NCBI GenBank assembly: GCA_964435435.1
Contig: CAYSZJ010000004.1
Location: 66-64,065 of the forward strand
Reading direction: 5' to 3'
DNA length: 64,000 nucleotides
From: an uncultured archaeon
GTDB taxonomy: Archaea > Asgardarchaeota > Lokiarchaeia > Sigyniarchaeales > SOKP01
Position numbers and translations under genes: made by a program. The notes below the pieces were generated by a model that saw nothing but the letters and a program-made list of their open reading frames with translations, made no database searches and had not been told where the DNA came from. Of the stretch, positions 53,884-62,267 are shown piece after piece (within the stretch, counting starts at the first letter, position 1; each line of letters starts with the position of its first letter).

Positions 53884-54249
53884 TTAGAACCATTGTGTAG
53901 CATCTACTTCTAGAACTAAATCGTTTAATGTGGCAGCACCAACTATTTTCACACCTGGAATTAAATCCACTTTTTCCCAACCTAACATTCTTTTTGATGC
54001 TTCACAAACTAAAATTTCTATACCTTCTTCTAGAGTTTTATCAATCATCTCTTTTACTGTTGGAAAATCTCCTAATTTTATTCTTTCTGATTCTCCTGGT
54101 TTTAATATTCTTAAACCTTGACCTAAATAGTAAACTGTTGCTTTAATATTCATGGCCTTGGCAGTTTGAGCCAAAACTAAAGGAGAATATTGACGTTCTG
54201 GTTCATCACTGGTTTGAATATATAATATATTTTTTTGGTTATCATTCAT
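53884..54249 (-). CDS. DsrE/DsrF/TusD-like sulfur-relay family protein
   Basis: 121 aa with a Rossmann-like small fold. 'ILVCEASKRMLG' is the conserved Cys context of the DsrE family. Confidence 0.6.
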   Translation of the reverse strand: MNDNQKNILYIQTSDEPERQYSPLVLAQTAKAMNIKATVYYLGQGLRILKPGESERIKLGDFPTVKEMIDKTLEEGIEILVCEASKRMLGWEKVDLIPGVKIVGAATLNDLVLEVDATQWF

Positions 54250-54301
54250 TAATCATCAACTCCTATTTTTTATGAATTGGAAAATAGATTTTTACAATAT
54301 T

Positions 54302-54571
54302 TTAAATATTAATTTCGAAAATACTTAGGCGTTTATCTTTTACATCTTTTGATTTTGAGATAAATTTGTTTTCTTGAAGATTTCTTAATGCATATGCAAC
54401 TGTGCGTTTAGGAAGAAGAGATTTCTTTAAAATCTCTTTTTGAGTTAAAGGCCCTCTTTGTTTTAATAAATATAAAATAAATTTGTTTGATGGTGATAAC
54501 GAAAATAATTTACTCTTTTCTTCATAAGTCGAAACAAAATATTTATCAGCTATGATCAAATAATCACCCAT
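54302..54571 (-). CDS. Small wHTH (MarR/ArsR-like) DNA-binding protein
   Basis: 89 aa. 'ILYLLKQRGPLTQKEILKKSLLPKRTVAYALRNLQENKFI'. Confidence 0.6.
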   Translation of the reverse strand: MGDYLIIADKYFVSTYEEKSKLFSLSPSNKFILYLLKQRGPLTQKEILKKSLLPKRTVAYALRNLQENKFISKSKDVKDKRLSIFEINI

Positions 54572-54766
54572 TTTAAAATAATTAAAAGAATAATATAATT
54601 CTTTATTTTATAAAAAATTATTAATTCTTTTATATTTTATTTTATTTGGGTAAATTTAAACAACGTATTAGCTCTTAGTGTAATTTTAAAACTATTTCTA
54701 AAAAAAAGTTTAAATTTTAAACTATCGAAAAATTATTGATCTTATCGGATTTAAAAAACAGCTTGG

Positions 54767-55330
54767 TTAAAAATTACCACACCCTTCACATTTTCCTTCT
54801 AAAAAAGCTTCACAATCTTTGCATACATTACCACAATTGCATTCTTGGCTTTTGTTACTAAAAAGATTGAGAGGGTTATATTTTGGAAAATTAAAATGTG
54901 AAACAAATAGAATATCTGAATGCAATATCCCTTCTTTGTTTGTTGGACCACAAAAATTTATATATCTATGGAGGACATCTACATTTTGCCCTATTATTCC
55001 CATTATGACGTTATATTGACCTGTAATTTGTGCCAATAAAAAGACTCTAGGGCATTTGGAATAAGCATTCATTATGTTTTTTGTATCTTCATAGCTCTTC
55101 ATTTCTAAAAGAATTATCATAGCCTTATAGTTAAGATTTTCAATATTAATATTACCCTGAATTTTTAAAATATCTAAATTCTGTAATTTATCAATTCGTT
55201 TTTTAATTCCAGTATGACTCATAATCTCTTTATCTGATTTAAATACATTTTTACTGATTGTAGTTAAACTCTGACGACCATCCTTATATAATTCTCTTAT
55301 AATTTGTTTGTCAATATTATCTAATTGCAT
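54767..55330 (-). CDS. Lrp/AsnC-type regulator with Cys-rich C-terminal tail
   Basis: 187 aa. 'LDNIDKQIIRELYKDGRQSLTTISKNV' is the HTH_AsnC motif, followed by a RAM-like domain. The tail is 'CNCGNVCKDCEAFLEGKCEGCGNF'. Confidence 0.65.
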   Translation of the reverse strand: MQLDNIDKQIIRELYKDGRQSLTTISKNVFKSDKEIMSHTGIKKRIDKLQNLDILKIQGNINIENLNYKAMIILLEMKSYEDTKNIMNAYSKCPRVFLLAQITGQYNVIMGIIGQNVDVLHRYINFCGPTNKEGILHSDILFVSHFNFPKYNPLNLFSNKSQECNCGNVCKDCEAFLEGKCEGCGNF

Positions 55331-55623
55331 ATTAATATCTATAAAATTTTAAATATAAAAAAGAAATTATTAGGAACTATTAATCTAAAAAATACATTAT
55401 TAAACTCATAAGAGATATTCTTAATAATAAAAAAATGCCAAAAATACATCTATCTTTTTAAATACAGTAATCTTATCAATGGTGGAAAAGGATAAAATAA
55501 TTGAATTTGGATTAAACAACCCTTAATAAATCCAAGGTTCTTTTAAACTTTGGAACTTTTCATAAAAATTTGAATTATTTTTTCCTTCTCTTCACTTCTT
55601 AATATTAGAGCTTGTTTATTTAA

Positions 55624-56574
55624 TTATTTAACCCTATAATGTTCAGATTCAGGGTGAACTTGATTTATAAATTTAAAGTTAAATATTTCCTTTATTTTTA
55701 AAATTCTTTTAATATAATTAAGTGAAAAAAGGATTTTTACGAATTCTATTGTTGAATTAACATATCCCTCTGAAAGAGAAATGCAATATTTTGGAGAAAT
55801 TTTAAGAACTGATTCCACATAACTTTTGCTTATAATTTTAATATTTTTTGAAATTATCTTTGCTGCTTGAATCGGTGAATTTCTTAGGAGTAATGATGCT
55901 TTTTTATGGTGGATTAAAAATTTTAAAATTACTTCAGGATGATATTCAATTAAATTCTTACGAATAAAAATACCATAACTAGGATTATATGGCCATAAAA
56001 AATAAGGTGGAATAATTATTTGAGAATCGAAAATAGTTGATGTAAAAACAGCTAAGGAAGGGGTCCCTACACCAGCTTCAAGAGTATTTTTTTCAATATC
56101 AATTGATATAAATTCTGCTTGTTTATAATTTTTTACTTTGATTTTATTTAACAAATCATATTTTTCTAAATAATGATTAAGAATAACGTCATGGATAGAA
56201 CCTTTACTTGGAACACCAATTGCTTTTCCTTTGTATTGGGCGAGAGTTTCATACATATTTCCATTCAAATGAGAAATATTTTTGTATCTTTTTTTCCCAA
56301 TCATAACAGTTCCTTCAATATGTCCACCAGCTACACATTTAATAGGGACTCCATTGTCAATACCGATAATTGCTGGAGGTAATCCCATATATCCAATATC
56401 TAACTCCTCGTTCTTAAAAGCTTGGACCATTTCTGGTCCTGTACCAAATAAAATCCAATTAATTTCTTTCTTTAGATCGTTTTTTATATCTTTATTCCTC
56501 ATCAAAATAAAATTAGTATGGTAAGCAGTTGAGAGATGACCAATAGTTAACATTTTCTTTCTTATCAATATCAC
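55624..56574 (-). CDS. NMT1/THI5-like (NitT/TauT-type substrate-binding fold) protein, no signal peptide
   Basis: 316 aa. 'LTIGHLSTAYHTNFIL', 'LDIGYMGLPPAI' and 'IGVPSKGSIHDVIL' are typical of periplasmic-binding-protein type 2 / NMT1 folds. Confidence 0.5.
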   Translation of the reverse strand: MILIRKKMLTIGHLSTAYHTNFILMRNKDIKNDLKKEINWILFGTGPEMVQAFKNEELDIGYMGLPPAIIGIDNGVPIKCVAGGHIEGTVMIGKKRYKNISHLNGNMYETLAQYKGKAIGVPSKGSIHDVILNHYLEKYDLLNKIKVKNYKQAEFISIDIEKNTLEAGVGTPSLAVFTSTIFDSQIIIPPYFLWPYNPSYGIFIRKNLIEYHPEVILKFLIHHKKASLLLRNSPIQAAKIISKNIKIISKSYVESVLKISPKYCISLSEGYVNSTIEFVKILFSLNYIKRILKIKEIFNFKFINQVHPESEHYRVK

Positions 56575-56674
56575 TTAAGTTTTTTATTTATCTGCAAAAA
56601 TTACACTAATATTTTTATTTTATAATTAGAATAATTTATTGCTTAGATTTATTCAATAATAATAAAATTTTTGT

Positions 56675-56962
56675 ATGATAAAGATTAAAATCAAATTTTT
56701 GTCTTTATTGGCAGAATTTGTAGGAACTAATGAAACAACTCTTTCGGTTGATGAAAATTCTTTTATTAAAGATGTATTTAATAAATTAATAATAGATTTT
56801 GGTAAAAAATTTGAAAATATCATTTTAACTCCTCAGAAGACTTTGAGTAAGTACATAATTCTAGGGTTGAATGGAAAAGATATTCGTTCCTTAAATTTTT
56901 TAAACATATTACTCCAAGATGGGGATGAAATTAGTTTTCTTCCTGCAATTGCTGGAGGATAA
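56675..56962 (+). CDS. MoaD/ThiS-family ubiquitin-like sulfur carrier (SAMP-like), C-terminal Gly-Gly
   Basis: 95 aa, beta-grasp size, ending '...DEISFLPAIAGG*'. Confidence 0.75.
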   Translation: MIKIKIKFLSLLAEFVGTNETTLSVDENSFIKDVFNKLIIDFGKKFENIILTPQKTLSKYIILGLNGKDIRSLNFLNILLQDGDEISFLPAIAGG

Positions 56963-57087
56963 AATAATTTATGTCTTTTTTAATAAATGTGAAAAAATTG
57001 CACCTATTTTTTTATTTATTATTATAATTTAATTTCTAAAGAATTATAAATAAATCAAGAAAATATAAGAATTCTCATGTATTATCA

Positions 57088-57378
57088 GGGGATCAAGCAG
57101 ATCCTCATAAAATACAAGGCATTGGAGCAGGATTTATTCCTGAAATATTAAATACTAAAATTTATGATGAAATAATTCAAGTAACACATAAGGATGTTGT
57201 AAAAACTTCAAGAAAATTAGCAAAATTAGAGGGTATATTTGGTGGGATATCTGTAGGAGCAGTAGCTTGGGCAGGCATTTATAAAGTTTCAAAAGATTTC
57301 AATGAGGAAGATAATATTGTTATAATTTTACCAGATACAGGTGAAAGATATTTATCGACAGATTTATTTGAAATTTAA
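57088..57378 (+). pseudogene. 3'-terminal third of a cysteine synthase (CysK/CysM, PLP fold-type II) gene
   Basis: Reads 'GDQADPHKIQGIGAGFIPEILNTKIYDEIIQVTHKDVVKTSRKLAKLEGIFGGISVGAVAWAG...IILPDTGERYLSTDLFEI*', the canonical CysK C-terminus. The frame opens only at 57040, there is no start codon, and the PLP-Lys N-terminal two thirds are absent. Confidence 0.7.
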
Positions 57379-57438
57379 TCATTAAAGAGCTGATAAATTT
57401 AGAAAAATTTTATAATTTTAAATTAAAGGGGACTAAAA

Positions 57439-57834
57439 GTGATATATTCTGAAAAGGTATTAGAGCATTTTAGAAATCCAAGGAATATGGGTGAAATGAA
57501 AGATGCTGATTCAATTGGACAAGTTGGTAATCCTGTATGTGGAGATCTTATGTTTATTTATATAAAAGTAAAAAACAAAAATGGTAAAGAGATAATAAAA
57601 GATATATCTTTTCAAACTTTTGGATGTGCTGCTGCGATCGCGACATCTTCAATGATTACAGAATTAGCTATAGGAAAAACTTTAAATGAAGCTATGAAAA
57701 TAACTAGACAAGATGTAGTTGATTCCTTAGATGGATTACCTCCAATAAAAATGCATTGCTCTAATCTTGCTGCGGAAGGTTTACATGAAGCAATTAGAAA
57801 CTATAAATCAAAAATGAAGAACAAAATAAATTAA
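57439..57834 (+). CDS. iscU: IscU/NifU-type Fe-S cluster scaffold
   Basis: 131 aa with a GTG start after AAGGGG. 'NPRNMGEM', 'GNPVCGDLM', 'FGCAAAIATSS', 'KMHCSNLA'. Confidence 0.9.
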   Translation: MIYSEKVLEHFRNPRNMGEMKDADSIGQVGNPVCGDLMFIYIKVKNKNGKEIIKDISFQTFGCAAAIATSSMITELAIGKTLNEAMKITRQDVVDSLDGLPPIKMHCSNLAAEGLHEAIRNYKSKMKNKIN

Positions 57835-58219
57835 AACAATTTAAATCAACTAAAAATTAATAAGACACTTGAAAATTCTTGATTGAGTAAATTAAAAATA
57901 AATATAGCATATATCAAATTATAGTTTAACTATTTTCTTTTAATTATCATAAGTTAGAACATTTTACTTGAAATTTAATTAATTGTTTTAATTATTGGGA
58001 AGATTAAATTATAACTATTATAAATTAAATCTAAAGATATAGAATTTTAATACACCAACTTTGTTATTATGAGAATTGTTAATATTTTAGAATTTTTTTG
58101 ATACTAATTTATATTATTTCTAATGTTTTCTGATGGAAAACTTATTGAATATTATAATAAAGAATTTTTTGAGAAAATTTATGATTATTATAGAAGATTT
58201 TGAGAGGTAAAATAAAGAA

Positions 58220-59059
58220 TTGATTACAAGTATCATCATTGCATTTAGAGAAACTTTAGAAATAGCTTTAATTGTAGGAATTATATTTAGTTATTTAAAA
58301 AAAACTAAGAGAGAGAATTATATTACAATTGTATTGTCATCTATCGTTGTTGCTATACTAATAAGTATTATAGGTGCAATATTATTCTTTTATCTTGCTG
58401 GAGGCTTTACTGGAGTAGCAGAGCAAATTTTTGAGGGTATAGCCATGCTAATAGGTGCAGTCTTATTAACAACTATGATTTACTGGATGATGAACCAACA
58501 AAACATTGCAGAATCGTTAGAACACAAATTAGAAATAGAACTTACTGAAAAACATAAATTGGGAATATTTCTATTAGTGTTTTTCTCGATATTGAGAGAA
58601 GGAATTGAACTAGTTTTATTCCTTGGTGCAGCGAGTTTTATCTCTCAAGGAAATAACTTAGTAGGTGCAATTATAGGAATAATTTTAGCATTAATTTTAG
58701 GTTATTTAATATTCATAGGTTCGAAGAAAATAAGTATTAAGAAATTTTTTACTGTCACCAATGTTTTATTAATTTTTTTTGCGGCAGGTTTGGTTGCCTA
58801 TGGTGTTCATGAATTACAAGAAGCAGGAATTATACCTATAATTATAGAACATATTTGGGATATAAACCCTCCCCTAAATGCTGATGGTTCCTATCCATTA
58901 CTTCATGAAAATGGGCATATAGGAAGCATTTTAAAAGGGCTTTTTGGCTATAATGGAAATCCCTCCTTAATTGAGATTCTTAGTTATGCTTTTTACCTCG
59001 GATTTTCTATAATAATGTGGTATTATATTAATAAAAAAAATATAACTGAAATAAGTTAA
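58220..59059 (+). CDS. FTR1/EfeU-family iron permease
   Basis: 279 aa with a TTG start and 7 helices. Two REXXE motifs: 'FRETLEIAL' and 'LREGIELVL'. Confidence 0.8.
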   Translation: MITSIIIAFRETLEIALIVGIIFSYLKKTKRENYITIVLSSIVVAILISIIGAILFFYLAGGFTGVAEQIFEGIAMLIGAVLLTTMIYWMMNQQNIAESLEHKLEIELTEKHKLGIFLLVFFSILREGIELVLFLGAASFISQGNNLVGAIIGIILALILGYLIFIGSKKISIKKFFTVTNVLLIFFAAGLVAYGVHELQEAGIIPIIIEHIWDINPPLNADGSYPLLHENGHIGSILKGLFGYNGNPSLIEILSYAFYLGFSIIMWYYINKKNITEIS

Positions 59060-59235
59060 TCTATTTATAGCTTTTTAAATATGATTAATAGATGCAAATA
59101 ATCTTCTTAGGTACAAATGGATGGTATTCTAGTTTTAACAATACTACTTGTACTTTAATAGATTCTAAAAATTTTTACATTTTATTTGATACAAGAGACG
59201 GATTATTCAAATTAGATAATTTTATCGAAAAAAAA

Positions 59236-59508
59236 TTAAATTTTCTTTAATTTTAATAACCAATTAAGATTCCCTTCGTCGTCAAATTCTTCAATATTAA
59301 GAAGCTCAGCTATTTCCTGTCGCTTACAATTCTCAGGAATATTTTTTACAGCGGGACGGAAATCTAGTAAAACTTCTAAAATTTCTCCTTTATAAAGTTT
59401 CTCAAGGGCTAATTTTGTATATACAAAGGTCATAGGGCACACTTTTCCTCTAATATCAATTTTATTAACATTTTTTCCTTCAGGAAATTTAAAATTATTT
59501 ATTGACAT
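59236..59508 (-). CDS. tusA: TusA/SirA-family sulfurtransferase
   Basis: 90 aa. 'IDIRGKVCPMTFVYTKLALEKLYKGEILEVLLD' is the conserved Cys-Pro motif context. Overlaps the upstream E1-like gene by 10 nt. Confidence 0.8.
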   Translation of the reverse strand: MSINNFKFPEGKNVNKIDIRGKVCPMTFVYTKLALEKLYKGEILEVLLDFRPAVKNIPENCKRQEIAELLNIEEFDDEGNLNWLLKLKKI

Positions 59509-60314
59509 GCATTATCACTTCCATAATTCACAACTTCAACTATATCTCTAGTATTATCACCACATACAATACAATCTGGATTTCTAAATATATCCACAAA
59601 ATTAAAGCTATTTCTAAGAAGATCAATATATAAAATTTTGTTTGTGATTAATTCTCCAATATTTAGAATATATTTAAGAGCTTCATTGGCTTCCAAAGAT
59701 CCTAAAATCCCCGGAATAAATCCGATTATTCCTGCCTCAGAACAGGACATCCCAATATTTTCTCCCGCTAAATCTCCAAATATACATCTATAACAGGCAG
59801 TTATTTCTTCTGGAATTATAGTAATTATTTGCCCATGAAATCGCAAAACACCAGCAATAGTAAATGGTATACCTAAACTGATACAAGTGTCATTTATTAA
59901 CATCTTGGTTGGGAAGTTATCAGAACCATCTATCACAAAATCGGAATCTTTTAGTATATCTTTAGCATTTCTCGCAATAAGCTTCTCATTGATTAATTCA
60001 ATATTACAATCTGGATTTAAGAGTTTAAGCTTCTGAAAAGCACTATAAGTTTTCTGTCTATGAAGATCATTTGTAAAATGGAGTATTTGTCTATGTAAGT
60101 TTGAAACCTCAACCCTATCAAAATCAATTATTTTCAAATTGCCAATACCCGCTGCAACTAAGTAATATGCTGCTGGAGATCCAAGAGCTCCTAAGCCAAT
60201 CAATGTTATTTTCGAATTGAGCAATTTTTCTTGACCAATCCCTCCAATTTCCTTTAATACAATTTGTCTTGAATATCTTTCAATTTGGTCTTCAGATAAA
60301 GTCATTTTTATCAT
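59499..60314 (-). CDS. ThiF/MoeB/UbaA-type E1-like adenylyltransferase
   Basis: 'RYSRQIVLKEIGGIGQEKLLNSKITLIGLGALGSPAAYYLVAAGIGNLKIIDFDRVEVSNLHRQ', plus the 'CYRCIF'/'CIVCG' zinc site. The start is set at the internal ATG 60314; the track ORF extends to 60404 with a hydrophobic, probably untranslated lead. Confidence 0.85.
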   Translation of the reverse strand: MIKMTLSEDQIERYSRQIVLKEIGGIGQEKLLNSKITLIGLGALGSPAAYYLVAAGIGNLKIIDFDRVEVSNLHRQILHFTNDLHRQKTYSAFQKLKLLNPDCNIELINEKLIARNAKDILKDSDFVIDGSDNFPTKMLINDTCISLGIPFTIAGVLRFHGQIITIIPEEITACYRCIFGDLAGENIGMSCSEAGIIGFIPGILGSLEANEALKYILNIGELITNKILYIDLLRNSFNFVDIFRNPDCIVCGDNTRDIVEVVNYGSDNACQ

Positions 60315-60699
60315 TTGATGAATAAGATCAGAGATAAATATAATTTTAAAATATTTAAAGAAAGATGCAAAAATTGCAATAATATAATTTAAAAAACTAT
60401 ACAAAAAGAACTTTTTATGATTCTTTCCTCTGAGATTTAGATAATTATTTGAGATCTTTTTATAATATATTAATCAAATTTTATAATTTAATTATTGAAA
60501 ATTATACTAGAAGAAGCATTTAAATTGAAAAATTAAAGTTGTTTTTAATTTTGATTTTTTCTATTATTTTTTGACTTAATTTTCAAAAAATCCTTACTTT
60601 TTTATCCTAATTAATAATGTTTTTTTTACAAAAGCCATTTTATTTTAATGATTTCACAATCTATTAATTAAAAAAAAAAAGAGAGTACTATACATTATT

Positions 60700-62190
60700 A
60701 TGGCAGAAAATAATACAGACCACACCGAAACTCCATATGAATACTCGTTTGAATATATTCAAAAGAAACTTGAAGGAAAGAAAGATTCTTTTGGTATGTT
60801 GATGAAGGAAATCGTGCGTACTGGAATCTGTACTGAATGTGGTACATGCGCCGCTGTATGTCCCGTGTTAGAATGGGATGATCTAACAGCACAGCCAAAA
60901 TTAATAGGAAAATGCACAGGTTGTGGTATCTGTTATAATCAATGTCCTCGCACTATAACAGATCCTTATCAGTTAATGGGAGATTTTAAAACGGGTTATG
61001 TGGCTAATACAAATATTCCAGAAGTAATTGGAGGTCAAGATGGGGGAACGGTGACAAGTATTCTTTGTTATTTATTTGATGAGCATTTGATCGATGCAGC
61101 AGTTGTAACGATGAAAGATCCTAATAAACCATGGCATCCTATTGCTCAAATCATTACAAATAAGGATGACGCTATTAAATCTTCTGGTTCTATTTATAGC
61201 CATTCACAGACAGTTGAGGCTCTAATGGATGCTGTACGCCAAGATTTTAGATCAATCGCATTTGTTGGTACACCATGTAATATAGATGCTGTATCAAAAA
61301 TGTTTGACAGCCCAACTGGTATGCTGAAATATTTTATGAGATGCCATGTTTTAAAGATTGGGCTATTCTGTATGGATAGTTTTGCTCCAGAAGCTCTTTA
61401 TCCATTTTTTGAAAAGGGTGGCATAGATTTATCAAAAGTGCAGAAAATGGACATTAATAAGGGTAAGTTCCACCTATATTATGATCCGCAAGGAGACCCA
61501 ATAAAATCATATACAATCAGGCAGTTAGATAAGTTTAAATCTTCAAGTTGTAATTTTTGCACCGATTTGGCCGCTGAAAATGCAGATATTTCTGTTGGTT
61601 CAGTAGGTAGTGGAGCAAATAAAAACACCGTATTTGCTAGAACTGGTATTGGTACTGAAATTATGGAAGATGCTGCTGAGAAAGGCTATATTAAAATAGA
61701 ACCCTTTAATGCTATTAATCTAAACGCTGTGTTATTTTTAGCAAAACTTAAGAAAGTCTCACAGTATACTATACAGAAGCGTAAAGTATTTATAGTAAGA
61801 GATACTGGTGAGGTGGAAGCGCCACGGATAGAAACTAAACCAGAGGTAGAACAAATTGCTGTTAAACCAGCACTTGGTGCTAGAAAATTTATCAGCGCCA
61901 AGAAGGAATTGGATGAGGAAGACAAGCTTTTAAACTTATCTTTAACGAATACAATTGGATATGTTTTAGAAGACATGAAAATAAGAGTTGTTACAATAGA
62001 AGAACTTTTCGAGAAAAGACCATGGATAACAACAATTAAGGAGTTATTTCCATTTGAAACTATTGAAATAGGTTATCCTTTAGACATTAAAGAAGGAGAA
62101 CCTATTATGGCCAATATCTTAGTTGAAGCATCAACAGACGCATTTGGTAAGGTATTTTCTAGAACGTTTAAATTAGCACCAAAAGAATGA
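60700..62190 (+). CDS. FrhB/FdhB-family protein with ~130-aa C-terminal extension
   Basis: 496 aa. 'CTECGTCAAVCP' and 'CTGCGICYNQCP' are ferredoxin motifs. Also 'DGGTVTSILCYLFDEHLIDAAVV' and 'FVGTPCNIDAVSKM'. The C-terminal part has no recognised motif. Confidence 0.8.
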   Translation: MAENNTDHTETPYEYSFEYIQKKLEGKKDSFGMLMKEIVRTGICTECGTCAAVCPVLEWDDLTAQPKLIGKCTGCGICYNQCPRTITDPYQLMGDFKTGYVANTNIPEVIGGQDGGTVTSILCYLFDEHLIDAAVVTMKDPNKPWHPIAQIITNKDDAIKSSGSIYSHSQTVEALMDAVRQDFRSIAFVGTPCNIDAVSKMFDSPTGMLKYFMRCHVLKIGLFCMDSFAPEALYPFFEKGGIDLSKVQKMDINKGKFHLYYDPQGDPIKSYTIRQLDKFKSSSCNFCTDLAAENADISVGSVGSGANKNTVFARTGIGTEIMEDAAEKGYIKIEPFNAINLNAVLFLAKLKKVSQYTIQKRKVFIVRDTGEVEAPRIETKPEVEQIAVKPALGARKFISAKKELDEEDKLLNLSLTNTIGYVLEDMKIRVVTIEELFEKRPWITTIKELFPFETIEIGYPLDIKEGEPIMANILVEASTDAFGKVFSRTFKLAPKE

Positions 62191-62267
62191 AAAATTAAAT
62201 AAAATTTTATTAAAAAAGCTTAATGAATTAAATTATAATAAAAACTTAAAAAAAAGGAAAATCAAAA

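Noticed and set aside
59092-59250. 52-codon ORF 'MQIIFLGTNGWYSSFNNTTCTLIDSKNFYILFDTRDG...' resembling the N-terminus of a metallo-beta-lactamase-fold (RNase Z-like) protein.
   Set aside because: It is too short, ends before the HxHxDH motif and overlaps the 3' end of tusA. It is possibly a 5' remnant, but the evidence is insufficient to call a feature.
679-61976. About thirty short ORFs (61-122 aa) in the six-frame track lie inside or antisense to longer, motif-supported CDSs. They are 679..864, 4754..4954, 5266..5604, 9177..9389, 11545..11784, 15506..15838, 22200..22388, 23781..24032, 23827..24075, 24863..25063 and 27377..27604. Also 29076..29285, 30999..31214, 32650..32856, 34008..34235, 35534..35863, 39496..39783, 43414..43638, 43893..44108, 44975..45199, 48764..48958 and 49515..49814. 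Also 51243..51476, 52248..52532, 52848..53099, 53928..54146, 53930..54121, 54819..55019, 56173..56382, 56282..56524, 60698..60898 and 61686..61976.
   Set aside because: Each is fully overlapped by a longer ORF with clear family motifs. Their translations are low-complexity (Ile/Leu/Phe/Ser/Asn-rich), as expected for shadow frames in AT-rich DNA, and none shows a recognisable motif.
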